DNA of 64,000 nt from Octopus vulgaris (Eukaryota): assembly GCA_951406725.2 (NCBI GenBank), contig OX597829.1, forward strand, positions 42,284,001-42,348,000, written 5' to 3'. Position numbers and translations under genes: made by a program. The notes beneath the pieces were generated by a model. The model did no database searches, was not told the origin of the DNA, and saw only the letters and a program-made list of their open reading frames with translations. Below, piece after piece: positions 29,310-42,853 of the stretch (position 1 is the stretch's first letter; every line of letters begins with the position of its first letter).

Positions 29310-30892
29310 CTAGCAGCATAGCCCGGCGTTGCCCGGGTATGTAAGAGCCCCTAGTAGGCAATGACTAATCCCAATCTAGTTCTTTCCCTCTAGGGAACCA
29401 AGGTGCATGTGTAGGTTGCAATGTATTCTCTTCACTCGAATACTTCTATGTATACAGAAAATGTGTTACATATTAAAAGCTTAGATTATCGACCCTATCT
29501 CGAATTCATCGATTTTTTCAGAACTGGGGAAACTTTTCAAAATTTTCGCTGCGTTAGATTTGAATTATGACATTGGGCTATGTGTGTGTCAAGTTTCATC
29601 AGAATCGGTTGAAAGCCGTGGTCAGTGTGAAGGTACAACCTGACAGACACACAGACACACAGACAGACAAACTGCCGTTTATATATATAGATATATATAT
29701 ATAATGTGTGCATTATGCGGTCGGTCGGTTCAGCTGAAAATATGCACACCTATGTTAAAAGTGCTCGCAACTTTGCATGACAACTATTTTTTTCCTCAAA
29801 TGAAAGGCGTGACCGCTAGGACAAAATTCCTTATCTTATAAAATGTGGCCCCAGCAGACCCGAATGAAATCGGGTTATATTAACCAAAATGTGAAAAGGG
29901 GTCTAAATGGGGCTGGAAGGGGATTAAAATTTAAATGAGCGAGCGTTTAGGAATTCTCTGTTACATCAAGCTAAAAAATTTGCACCAGCCTTTTAATCGT
30001 CAATGTAATGCCGTCCATGATGAAGAAGTTTTGAATGCTTGCTATGGTGAGTCTACTGTCGTGAGAAAGAATCACTTCAAAACTTGGTGTTTACGAATTT
30101 TCTTTTACATCAAGTTCAAAATTTTACGCCAGCCGTTAAACTGTCAATACGTTGTTGTCCGTCGTTAAGAAATGCCAGCCATGGTGACTCTACTATCCTC
30201 AGATTCTATCCCTTCAAACTTTGGTTTCCAATATTTTATTATTTTTATTCAGCTCGCAAGTTCGTCTGTCCCTTTTAGATGTTAGCGTTTTGCTGTCTGC
30301 CTTGAAGCAGACCTTTCCGTTGCCACTCCCTGATATTTATGATTGATCTTCCTAAATATTTTATTTCTCAACTTACTCAAGATCTTTTGTTGTTTATAAA
30401 TGGGAGAGAGATAGATAAAGATAGAAAGTAAGTGAATGCGAGGAGGAGTCCGAGAGAAAGAAAAGTTAGAGAGTGGGAAAGTGAGAGAGAAAGGTGATAG
30501 AAACAAAGAGGGAGAATCATCATTATCATCATCGTTCAACGTCCATTTTCCGTGCTAGCACGGGTTGGACAGTTTGACAGGGGTATGGGAACCCAGGAGG
30601 CTGCACCAGGCTCCAGTCTGATCTGGCAGTGTTTCTACAGGTGGATGACCTTCCTAACGCAAACCACTCTGTGAGTGTAGTGGGTGCTTTTTTCGTGCCG
30701 CCGGCACAGGTGCCAGGGGGGGGGATGACAGCGGCAACGATCGGTTGGTGCTTTTTACGTGCCACCGGCACAGAAGCAAGTCAAGGCGGCGCTGCAATCG
30801 GCCACGTTTTATTTTTATACGTGCTGAAAGGAAGCAACAGGAAGTAACAACCAAACTCTTACCCGCGCGTAGAGCGGGTCACCTTACGCTAG
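27335..30892 (+). mobile_element. Helitron-like patchwork ending in hairpin + CTAG
   Basis: ACCCGC gcgtaga GCGGGT hairpin at 30861-30879; CTAG|T at 30889-30892; internal partial duplications; 5' end uncertain. Confidence 0.55.
29310..29691 (-). mobile_element. Complete non-autonomous Helitron (382 bp)
   Basis: A|TCTATATATATAAA start; CTGT-type repeats; 3' hairpin CCCGG gcaacg CCGGG followed by CTAG|T. Confidence 0.85.
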
Positions 30893-30972
30893 TATATATA
30901 TATATATATGTTTGTATGTGTTTATATATATCTATCTATACGCACACAAATACACACGCACTAATATATGTA

Positions 30973-32244
30973 CGAGGGACGTTCAATAAGTAATGCAGCT
31001 GTTTGATCTAGCTGAAATCTTGCAATTATTTATATCTCTATAGATTAAGTGGCAAATTACAGCTCTGAAATAGTTGTGGTTTCTGATTTACAGATGTTTG
31101 AACTGAGTCAAGTGTGAAATGGAGCCTGTTGAGTGTCGAGCAGTGATCCGGTTTTTGTATTGGTAAGGACGCACACCACGGGAGACTTTTGATGAAATGA
31201 AAGTAACTTATGGTGATGATGCCCCATCATATGACCTTGTAAAACGCTGGCATCGTGAATTCAAACATGGTCGGAACTCTGTGGAAACAGCTCCCAGATC
31301 TGGCCGCCCCCCACCTTCTGACATTGATGAGGCATCTGTCCGTCATGTTGAGGCTGCCATTTTGGAAGATCGACGCATAACTATTCGCCAAATGGTCCAT
31401 GAGGTCAAGGTTAGTACCGGGTCTGTGGAAACCATCATTCATGACCATTTGCATATGCAAAAGGTGTTTGCCAGATGGATTCCCAGGCTGCTCACACCTT
31501 TCCAAAAGCAAGAACGCGTCGATTACTCGAGGCTGAATTTGGAGATGTGCCAAGAAGATGAGTCAAAATTTTTCAAAAGACTGATTGCACAGGATGAAAC
31601 CTGGGTCCATCACTATGATCCAGAGACCAAAGCCCAGTCAATGCAGTGGAAGCACCGTGACTCACCTCCTCCAAACTGGCAGGGGTGCAGCCCTCCGCTG
31701 GCAAGGTCATGCTCACAGTCTTCTGGGCCCATGACGGAGTAGTGATGACAGATTTCCTGGCAAAGGGTACCACAATTACAGGAGCCTATTATGCTTCACT
31801 TTTGAGGAAATTAAGAGAAGCTATCAAAATCAAGAGGCGGGGAAAGATCAGCAAAGGCATCCTCCTCCTGCAGGACAACACTCCGGTCCACAACTCGCGT
31901 GTCACCAGATCAGAAGCACAGCGTGCGGCTATGAACTCCTCCCCCATCCCCCTACTCTCCTGACCTTGCACCCTTTGATTTTCACCTGTTCTCAGCCACG
32001 AAGTTGTTTTTGAAAGGAAAGCGTTTCCCAGATGATGCAGCCTTGATTTCTGAAGTCACGTCGTGGTTGGAGGACCAAGCTGGGGTCTTCTACAAAAACG
32101 GTCTCCAGAGCTGCATCAAACGATGGGAGAAATGCGTAACTCTGGGTGGTTCCTGTAAAGAAAAAGACTAATAACTGTGCCAAGTTTCGTTGCTCTACTG
32201 CTATGGGAAGTGGGTCAGGGGCATTACTTATTGAACGCCCCTCG
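30973..32244 (+). mobile_element. Full-length degenerate mariner (DD34D), 1272 bp
   Basis: 24-bp TIRs CGAGGG.CGTTCAATAAGTAATGC; TA on the left, CA on the right. Transposase at 31119-32171 with WIPRLL, DETW, QDN and YSPDLAP motifs, a stop codon and frameshifts. Confidence 0.95.
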
Positions 32245-32514
32245 CATATGGACGTATATATTTTAATGTTCTGCTTAGCATAGCGATACTAATCACATGG
32301 TGTTTGAACTCAGTATACTTATGCTTCAGAAAAAAGCGTCAGTTGAGTACTGAGCGTTTAATGAAATTAAACAAATGACAAAGGAACAGGAAATTATGGC
32401 CTCAGAGTGTATTACATCATATAGCAGAAATGGCGGTAAGCCACGGAAGTTCATTGCATAATTTTCTGTCCCTTTGTTATTTATTTAAAATACACTAATA
32501 CGCCAGTACATACA

Positions 32515-32559
<45 letters not shown>

Positions 32560-32763
32560 TTCTGTACTTGTTTCAGTCATTTGACTGCGGCCATGCTGGA
32601 GCACCGCCTTTTAGAGTGGTGAAAGAGTACAGCAGGGATCACCACCTCCTGCCAGAGCCTCGTGGAGCTTTTAGGTGTTTTCGCTCAATAAACACACACA
32701 ACGCCCGGTCTGGGAATCGAAACCGCGATCCTCCGACCGCAAGTCCGCTGCCCTAACCACTAG

Positions 32764-32850
<87 letters not shown>

Positions 32851-32857
32851 GTATATA

Positions 32858-32900
<43 letters not shown>

Positions 32901-33299
32901 TCTTTTATTCTTTTATACTTTTACTTGTTTCAGTCATTTGACTGCGGTGATGCTACATCAACGCCATTAGTCGAACAAAGCGAACCCACCACTTATTCCT
33001 TATAAGCCTAGTATTTATTCTATTGATACCTTTTGCCGAACCGCTAGCGTACAGGAACGTAAACACACCAACACACCAGAATCGGTTGTCAAGTGATAGT
33101 GGAGGAGAAACACAGACACAAAAACATATACATATACATACATACATATATATATGTGGTTCATCTTTGACATCAAAATTTGATACATAAAGGGATTGCG
33201 TCACACAAGTTCTGAACTGTTAACAGTGGAGTCTTGAGGATGTATATACACACACATAAACACACATATATATATAACAACGTATAGAAAACACCCAAT

Positions 33300-33830
33300 A
33301 GCGCTCAAATGATTCGCACTTAGGCTCAGATGTCCTTACGAGCGACCACTTGTGAAGTGCTTCTGTGAGGCGTAATTTTCGGCAGAAATCCATAGTGTTA
33401 TCCTTACTTTCATCCGGGTTCCATCTGCGAGGGGTTGGAGTAAATTTTAAACCTCTTGCTAGAATTTTAGTTTGTGTAATACTTAGGATTTTCTTTTGAT
33501 AAGTTGATTATTTTCGGTTGTTCTTGTACATTTTGTTTCATTTCACATCTCTATTTCTCTGATTTAGGACTAAAAAATTGTTGTAGTAGGTGGATTGTTG
33601 TGGAAAGTCTGTATTGTATTTGGTTTGCTGAAGAGAAAATGGGTGTAAAGTGTGTCTGTGATAGTATGTTTGTGGTGGATTGACTGTGTAGTGGACTAGA
33701 TTATGGTTGTACTGAGGGTTGTTATATTGTCTATGGTTGATGAGGTTTGGGTTAAATTTATTTTTAATATCCGGAGGGAGACGTTATGTTGTCTAGTTAC
33801 GTTGTGTCTAGTTGAATGCTTGAAGTAACC
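33300..33830 (-). mobile_element. Internally deleted Penelope-like fragment
   Basis: N-terminal motifs KIINLSKE and ILARGLKFTPTP lie close to KLRLTEALH, which resembles a GIY-YIG C-terminus. Confidence 0.55.
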
Positions 33831-33869
<39 letters not shown>

Positions 33870-34859
33870 CAGAAGTGGGTACCGTTAATCGAACAGTTAA
33901 CTTCATTAATCGTTAATCCAATACTTCTTTGAAAATGGAAGGGGAAGATAACGTGAATCCGTTAACGTTAACTTTTATTAAAAAAAGTATATCTACAGTT
34001 TAGTACCCCACCGACTTTGATGTCTTATAACCCGTCACCAAAGGATACTTTTGAAGGAAACTTTCGCCAAATAATCCATTATATCCTATAGACTGAGTGC
34101 ATGAAAAGATTTGTTGGAAACATTTTTCCGAACACTACGGTAGGAGTGAGGAGTCCCAACCGAGCGAGGCAGTGCTTTGTGTGTGTAAGAAGAAAACAGA
34201 CACCTAAAAACGTCTTTAGTGTTCATATTAATCTGTCAAATGTGATGTTTATATGTTCATGTTTTGCTAAGTTATTCAGGTTTTAGAGGAGTGTCGACAA
34301 TATTTGCTTGTAACTTTGTAGATTTTTTACATAAAGATTTGAAATTTTGTCAGTGGGTGCTTTATATACCACTGGATTTCAGTCATGTAATTTTAGTTGA
34401 TCCTGCTGAGTGAATTTGACTTTTATGGACAGGTAAATTTAATTAACAGGTATAAAAGCAATAACATTATGAATAAACACTAAAATTGAAATTCTTAATA
34501 CATCTTATCTGATTTGTGACTGAAATTAACCCAGATGGCAACCGACAAAAATTTTGCCACTTTTCAAGGTGAGATACATTAATTTGAATGTATTAAAATC
34601 GAGGTATAACTGGTACAAGATTTTATTTTTTCGGTAAATATTTCTTACCTCAGTGTGGAATAATTTTTTACCACAGTTTTCTCGGGTGCGTTCAACGTAT
34701 CTGACCTCCAAACCCGCCGGAAGCAATATTTTGCAGATTCAGTAAATGACAAAAAAAAACAAAACAAAAAAAAAAGGCTTGGGAACAGGTCAGGGCTCGG
34801 CAGGTTTCCCAGTCTATCACAGGCTGGGCCCAGTCATCATTCTGCCACTGTGGTGAAAC

Positions 34860-37660
34860 AATCTTCAAGAAAAAGTAAACATAAACATCCTTTGAATTTC
34901 GGTTGTTTGAATATGCGCGCACTTCTCAGTGATAATTTCAACAAGAGGCCAGAAAGGTGTTCTGCACTTATTGCATGAGAGATCAAGAAATATTCCCTTG
35001 ATGTAGTTTCATTCTCTGAAACTTGTCTCTCTGGTGAGGGTCAAGTAAATGAACCTACTTATGGATGTCCTATCTTTTGGAGAGACCTATCTAAGGGTCA
35101 GCGTAGAGAATCTGGTATTGGGTTTGCTCCCAAGAATACATTAGTTTCCCCCATTGCAGATATTCCAAGTGGTACATCCGAGCGGATCATGTCATGCCGT
35201 ATTAAACTGACATAAGTCACGTTACTTACCGTTGTCTGTATTTATGCATCAACAATGTCCCATTCTGACGAAACTGTAGGACTGTTTTATGATGATCTAG
35301 CACAATTATTGAGGAAAGTACCAATTTCAGACAAGCTGGTCATATTGGGAGATTTCAATGCAAGAGTCGGGTAGGACAACTTTTCATGGTATGTTTTAGG
35401 TCGACACGGGATTGGAAAATGTAATAAAATATTGAGTAACTGTTATGACGTTTTGTGCAGAGAATAATCTATGTTTGAGCAGAAAAATAATCTATGTTTG
35501 AGCAGAAAAATAATCTATGTTTGAGCAGAAAAATAATCTATGTTTGAGCAGAAAAATAATCTATGTTTGAGCAGAAAAATAATCTATGTTTGAGCAGAAA
35601 AATAATCTATGTTTGAGCAGAAAAATAATCTATGTTTGAGCAGAAAATTAATCTATGTTTGAGCAGAAAAATAATCTATGTTTGAGCAGAAAATTAATCT
35701 ATGTTTGAGCAGAAAAATAATCTATGTTTGAGCAGAAAAATAAATATAAAACCACTTGGATGCACCCAAGATCTAAGAACTGGTCAGAAAGTGTTTTATG
35801 AAAGACGTTTCTAGCTTTTGGGCCATGAAAGGGCCAGAGAGCTTGACTGACCATCGTCTAGTGCGTGGGAAAACGATTTTTTCGATAACGCCTAAAAATC
35901 AACAGTCTGATCCTAAGGTACCCCAGAAGTTAAACGTTGAAAACTTTAAATTAACAAGCAACTTGAAAAGATTCCACGATGCTGTAGAAAGTATCTTGAC
36001 CCAAACAATCAATGGAAAATTTTCAAAACAAAAGCATTTTAGGCTGCAATTTCGTCAATGGCATTTAAATCACGTAAGTCCAGTGACTGATTCTCAGATA
36101 GATCAGCAGAAATTCATGATCTACTTTTAGAGAAACGAAACGTAAGCAATATACTTCTTTCTCGGTCCTTGAATCCCAACTCAAACGAAGCTTACAGAAA
36201 GCTGAAAAGGAAATTGCAGACTGCTCTAAGGAAAATTAAACAAGAATGGTGGAATGATAGAGCAAAAGGGGCACAAGAAGCAGCTCTGATAGAAATGATG
36301 CCAAGGATTTGTACTCTAATGCTAAGGAGGTATATGGACCAAAATCTTCTTCAATAACTCCAGTAAGAAGAGCAAATGGACATTTGCTTCTGACTGACAC
36401 CGCTTCTATTCATAAACGCTGGGTAGAATATTTTTCTGCGCCTTTGAATAGCCCATCATCCGCTGACATGAGGACGGTAGAAAAAATCGAGCACCTTCCA
36501 ATTATAGAAGAGATAGCATTTGAACCAGCTCCAAATTCCATTTAATTAGCTGTGAATAATCTGGATAACAATGAGTCTCCAGAGCCTGATGGAATCTGTG
36601 CAGAAGTCTTGAAATATGGGGTGACAAAATGTTTGAACTCTTAAATTTATTAATTTGTCACTGTTGGAGAACTGAGAATGTGCCTCAAGACTGGACTGAT
36701 GTCATTTTAATCTCCTTGAATAAATCGGGGCCAAAGGATCTGTGTGGTAATTTTCATGGGATTTCGATTTTATCTGTGGCTGGAAAGGTACTTGCCCGCA
36801 TTTTGTTAGAGCGTTTAAATCCCTTCATAGTTCCAAATATAGAGTCTGAGACTCAGTGTGGTTTTTGTTCCTCCAGGGGCACAGCTGATTGAATCTTTAC
36901 TATCAGACAATTACAAGAAAAGTGCATTGAACAGAATCTTGCTTTATACCATTGCTTTGTTGATTTGAGAAAAGCATTCGATACTGTTAATCGAAATGTT
37001 CTATGGCTAATTCTAAGGAAAATAGGTTGCCCAGAAAAATTTGTAAATATGATCAGGGTTTAGCATCATGTATGAAAACTACAGTTAACTTTGGTGCTAG
37101 GCTTTCTGAATCTTTTGCTGTGGAAAATGGAGTAAAGCAAGGAGACCTTGATGGACTCAACCTCTTTGCAATATACTTTTCTGTTGTGTTGTCACATGCT
37201 TTTCAAAACTCTGAGGAGGGTATTTACATAAAATATCGAACAACAGGGAATGTTTTTAATCTGACTAGACTGAAATTCAAAATGAAGGGGAATTTTTAAA
37301 CGCTGACGATTGCAATCTAGAGGTTTGCAATCTCCTGTATCTGCATTTGACTCAACTTGTGATGATTTTGGCCTGACCATCAACTTGAAAAAAATAAAAC
37401 AGTTGTGAATCACCAACCTGCGTGTGGTGCTGTTTGTAACATCGCTAAAATTGTTGTTCCTCGAGGTTGTCGATTCCTTCATCTACCTTGAAAGCTCTGT
37501 TCAAAATGATGGAAATATTGATACAGAAATACATCTGCGAATTCAAAGGACAGCAAAAGCATTTGGTGGCCGGGAGCCAGCGACATATAACTAAAAATAC
37601 AAAGCTGGCTCTTTACAAATCCAGTTTGTTATCAAATTCGTTGAAGTTTAATAGAAATCT
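34860..37660 (+). mobile_element. Degenerate RTE-clade LINE
   Basis: Motifs LGDFNARVG, HGIGKCN, WMHPRSK, TDHRLV, PQDWTD, SVAGKVLARILLERL, FVDLRKAFDTVNR, GVKQGD. Confidence 0.9.
35463..35743. repeat. Minisatellite, 12 x 23 bp
   Basis: Unit AATAATCTATGTTTGAGCAGAAA with exact 23-bp period and no spacers. Confidence 0.95.
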
Positions 37661-37799
37661 ATAATTGGATGGCTAGATCCCCTAGAAGAGGTCCACATAT
37701 AATCAATATATTTTCCTTTAACAGCCAAGGGAAATTACCATTCATTTTCCTAACCAAGTGAAATAACCCATTCATTTTCCTTTGATCACCCCAAAAATT

Positions 37800-39260
37800 A
37801 CCAAACTCAAAGTAAATGTTCAATGGATGGAATTTGACAACAGGTGGATCGTGCACTACAACTTATTGCTGCCTAAAACATTGTAGGCCCACGTTAATGT
37901 TGAGTCATGCAAATCTACAAAAGGTATTAAATATGTATGTAAATACATCAATAAGAGCAGGCTATAGCTTTTTTCGGACTTGAACAGGAGAGCAGGCAGG
38001 CGGATGTAATTCAGCAAAATTGGACAGGTATATTTCCTCTAACGAGGGCTTCGAAATTCACGCTCACTATCCAACAGTGGTGAATCTATCTGTACATCTT
38101 GAAAATGGCCAGACGCAAGCAAGGAGCATGCACCGAGGGCCGCAAAGAAAATACTGTCTTTAAAAGTGGGGCCAACGGGCGGGTGTACACCGTGCCTCAA
38201 CCGGAGTAGGCAGCAAAGAATCTCGTAATTGAATACTTGCGAGAAGTCAGTTATTACATCAAGGAAATGACGGCGTATATCGCTGATAAAGAACACAAAC
38301 TGATGGAGGACAAACACGGTGTTTATTTTGAGCATTGAAAGTGAAAGAGGTATTTGCTTTCTGAAGACTCCAGGTTGAACTGGAAAGACATTTGTCATCA
38401 ACCTTCTTCTGGCTAAACTGCGCCTAATGAAACACATTACCATAGCAGTGGCGTCAAGTGGAATAGCTGCAACTCAGCCAAGTGGTGGCCGCACAGCTCA
38501 TTCCTGTTTCAAACTCTCTTTGGACCTGTCCCAGAAAGAGAAAGCGAACTACAACATCAGTCGTGGTTCTATAAAAGGCAAACTTCTGAATGAATGTATA
38601 TTGATCACCTGGGATGAGGCGACAATGAGTCTTAAGGATTCCTTTGAATCTCTTGATATGGTCCTTCAGGACCTGGGACACGACACCAGGCTCATAGAAC
38701 ATCAATTTCTAGAACGCTTACCAGGTTCGCATCACATCTACAATTCTATTTCTACTGTACTCAACATCGATGAAGCTGTGAATTATCCAGTTGAATTCTT
38801 GAATAGTCTAACACCACCCGGCCTCTGACCTCACCACTTGCATCTCAAGATTGGGACACTTGTTATGCTGCTTCGAAACCTTGATCCACCAAAGCTTTGC
38901 AATAGCACACGATTTATGATGAAGAAGATGATGCTAACAGTCTTGGAGACAATAATTTTGACTGGTAAAGAAAGCGGTGAGCCTATATTCATTCATAGAA
39001 TTCCACTTATCCTCTGGAAATGACTTTCCTGTACAAACGCTTGCAATTCCCGTTGAAACTGAGCTTTCCAATGAGCATTAACAAGGTCCAGGGCCATTCC
39101 TTGGATGTGGTAGGTCTGAACCTTGCGGAACCAGTTTTCTCCCATGACCAACTTTATGCTGGATGCTCAAGAGTCGGCAATCCTAATCATTTATTTATTT
39201 ATGCTTCACAAAGAAATTACAAAATGTTGTTTATCAAGAAGCTCTGCAAACTAAATAAAA
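37800..39260 (+). pseudogene. Helitron Rep + PIF1 helicase remnant
   Basis: From 37836 reads DNRWIVHYNLLLPKTL*AHVNVESCKSTKGIKYVCKYINK (Rep YxxKY motif), then YISSNE, PTVVNLSVHLENGQ, then the helicase motifs seen in copy A. Confidence 0.9.
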
Positions 39261-40315
39261 TTTATCAAACCATGAGGTGTTTAATATTTAACTGCAATAT
39301 TTGTAAGTGTTGTAAATGTATTGATAATCTACATGTTATTTTATTTATAAATCCATATGTAAATTTCTATGTCTACTGTAAAACTAAATGTCGGTGTCTG
39401 TTTCTACATTCATCGTAAATTTATTTCAACACTAGCACCCCTAAGGGTTATATTCTCTGGGAACGCACAAAAGCCCTTTTCAATGTTATTTACTTTGAAC
39501 TGTTTATGTCTCATATCCGATTAGCCTGTTATTACGTAACATGCTTCACGATGTTGGTATACATTCGTTATTGGTATTTCCTCATAAGTTCTGCATACTA
39601 TGGGAACGCATTAAAGTCCTTTTCAGACAACTAATTTAAAGTTTTTACGTAACTGACTTCATGGTCGTCCTGAATGAGGCTGGCCTTCAAGCGACAAATG
39701 GCCATTCCTAAAGTGTGGCAACCACTCGTGAACTTGTGTTTTGCTCATGGCAGCGCCCTTGTACGCTATTTGAAGCATGACAACTGTTTTGGTCGCCGTT
39801 TAACCCAGCAGAAAAAGAAGAATCACACGGAAGCCCGCTGTTCCTTCGTTTCAGCCATCGCAAAAATCGACGAACAGAGGAGAAGCGCCGAAAAAGAAAG
39901 ACGCATCACATGACTGTAAGATACAACCGGACGACGTCGGTCGGCAGACTGATGCCTGAGAGATAAAGCGGAAGCCCGAACTACAACGGTTTTGTCCCAC
40001 AGAGAACGTTTCCGGTTACTTTTGGGTACCTCATGTATCTGTGTGTGTGTGTGTGTGTTTGTTCCTCCAGCACCGCTTGACAACCAGTGTTGGTTTGTTT
40101 ACGTCAGTAGCTTAGCATTTTGGCAAAAAATAACGATAGAATGAGTACGAGGCTTTAAAAAATTAATTACTAGGATCGACATAGTTCACCTAAAAATTCT
40201 CCGAGGCGGTGCCCCAGTCTGGCCGTAGTCTAATGACTGAAACAAGTAAAAGATACAAAACAATATGTTTCACAATTCTTCAGGCTCTTTCTGTCTGTCT
40301 GTCTCTGCCTCTCTG

Positions 40316-40348
<33 letters not shown>

Positions 40349-41356
40349 GTCTCTTTCTCTCCGTCTCTTCCTTCTCTCCTTTACTCTCCCTCCCTCCCTC
40401 TCCCTCTGTCTCCTTGCCTGTCTGTGTGTCTTTATTTCTGTCTATCTGTCTCTCTGAGCTTTGGTTTCCACCAAACCACACTTTCCTTAATGTGCCAATC
40501 ACACATACCTGTAATTAATACCATTCAGAAGTTTGGGGTCTTCGCTTCTATATACTACACAGTTTTGTTGCCTTAGCTATGAAATAATAGTTTATTCAAA
40601 GTAGTCGCCTTCAGTTTCCACCGCGGCCTCAATACGACTCCGGAACCTAGATCATGTGTTTTACTTGGTCACTAGCTTGCCATGGTGCTGCAAGCAGTGC
40701 AGATGGTATCTTTCACAACCGCGCCCCACACATAATAATCTATGTTATTAAAAAAGAGGGAATTAGAAGTCCAGAAATTGGGTCTGGTGAAGTCGTAAAG
40801 TTGTAAAGATTCTCCGATTTCAGACTCTCCGGATGTGTGGCAAGGAATCGAATTCTGTGGGCCACACAAATGGCATTTCAGTAGAGCCCTCCCCAGACAG
40901 ATTTTGACCACAGTTTCCAGCAGCTTCATATAACCGTCCGAATTGAGCCTAAGACCCTGTTCTGACGTGCTGGTGCAGTTAGAACGCTTGTTGTGTCGCC
41001 CACGTCTTTGTATCTCCGTTGCAGTTGTCCGTCACATATTTCAGCCTTTATAATGAGCATTGAGCAGAAGTCATGATGTCAGTATTTTGACACCCAGCAC
41101 GAGGGGTCAATATACAGGGAACTCTTCTCTAATATTCAAATGGCTTCCAGTCCTCCATATCAGTAAACATTTTCTCAAAATGCTCACCAACGCCGTTGAC
41201 TGTTCACTGCTACATTAAGTTGTTCATGGAAAACAGAAGTCATAAAAATTGTCAAATTTACCCCGAACACCCTGTGTGTTTGATCAGCGCCGCTTTAGGA
41301 GTAACCTATAATACAACAATAACAACATCCTACTGTTTTCTTTTCTTCATTTTCAG

Positions 41357-41514
41357 ATGTCACTTGGGAATGCATGAAATCCCGTCAGGATTCGGACTGT
41401 AAGCACTATAATTGTTTACTCGAAAGAAATCCCTGTGATAACAACCGGGATATGGCTTTTGCGTATGCTAAGTGTGCGAAATCCAGAGCAAGAGCAAATA
41501 ATTTGACTGAATCG
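41357..41514 (+). CDS. Stanniocalcin-like gene copy B, exon 2
   Basis: Polypyrimidine tract + TTTCAG acceptor; 158 nt; phase 1 to 0; reads (D)VTWECMKSRQDSDCKHYNCLLERNPCDNNRDMAFAYAKCAKSRARANNLTES; donor GTAGGT; 5 Cys spaced x8,x4,x6,x12; NLT sequon. Confidence 0.85.
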
Positions 41515-41555
41515 GTAGGTCAAACTTCTGATTTGAATCGCGCGTGTTAAATAGT

Positions 41556-41606
<51 letters not shown>

Positions 41607-41766
41607 AAAGTGAAAGTGTGTGAGGGAGAGAAAGGATGAGAGCATGAAGAGAGAGTTAAGAGGAAGGAGGATGTCATGTTTTATTATCATTATTATATCG
41701 TAAGGTGGCAAGCTGGAAGACACTTTAGCACGCCGAACGAAATGCTTAGCGGTATTTCGTCTATCT

Positions 41767-42810
41767 GTTATTGAAAATTTATTGATGGAGTGTGTTCGTA
41801 AGTTTCTGTTAATTGTTGTATCTCTTGTTGTGCCTATTGTTGGACTTATTGTTTAAAAATTGTATTAAAATTTTCTTTGGAAAGCTATCTGTGGGGAAAA
41901 ACATAAATTGCCGGCAAGATGCCGAAAAGTGTTTCTTCGTCGGGTGAAGATTCATCGACCGAGCGGGGAGCTAAGAATTTAGAAAGTTTAATTTGTGATA
42001 ACATTTCTGATGTTTCGGAAAATGAATCCCCTGCATTACCAAAAGTTACGGATACCAAAAGAAATATAGAAGCAAAGACCATTGAAAATGAAGAAAGAAG
42101 AAGTTTTGCGTCAGTAGCTGGTAGTGGAACGCGACAGCTGTCAACTGACAAAAAAGAATTATTAAAATAAAAGGAAATGATAACAGAATGAGATGGAGTG
42201 GTAAAAGTGGAAATACAAGGAGAAGAATTAACGGAGGAAAAAATAGAAAATTATTATTTTAAAGACATTCTGCATAAAAGCTCGTAGAATTGACAAGATA
42301 TGTGAGAAAAAAATTGAAAAATGTTTAAAGCCCATCTGGCAGGACATTACCTATCTAGTCAGAGGAAAGAAGTTTTTGGAAATATCGTGGTGAGGTTCAA
42401 GAACGCAGAAACGGCACAACAACACTCTATAAAATCTTTAGTGTCGGAAGACACAATGTTATTCCCAATTTACATGGGAATGAGAACATCAAAGGTGAGA
42501 ATACAAAGAATTCCACCCGGAGCAAACCCTATATGCTTGATGGCGGCAGTCCTGGCAAACAGAGAAGATAATATTAACCTCCTGCAGGCTACCGTCACAG
42601 AGAATACATATTAGACAGGTCAAACGCTCAACCTCATACTGCAAGCTGACCAAAAAATTTTAGAACAGTTCCCAGAAATCGTAGAAGCAGGGGAGGAAGT
42701 TCTAAATATTTTTGTTGAGAGTCGTAAGCCTCAATGTTTCCAGTGTGGCCAACTGGGTCTAATTAAAAATATTGTAAAGAAGATGAAGAAGAATCAGACA
42801 GTGAGGAGGA

Positions 42811-42853
<43 letters not shown>

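Noticed and set aside
31119-32171. SETMAR-like host gene
   Set aside because: No SET domain; has TIRs, a stop codon and frameshifts, so it is a plain mariner.
32373-32435. Short ATG frame ending at GTAAGC in phase 1
   Set aside because: No signal-peptide character and no promoter support; likely chance.
35463-35743. CRISPR-like array
   Set aside because: Head-to-tail 23-mers with no spacers, no cas genes, and a eukaryotic context.
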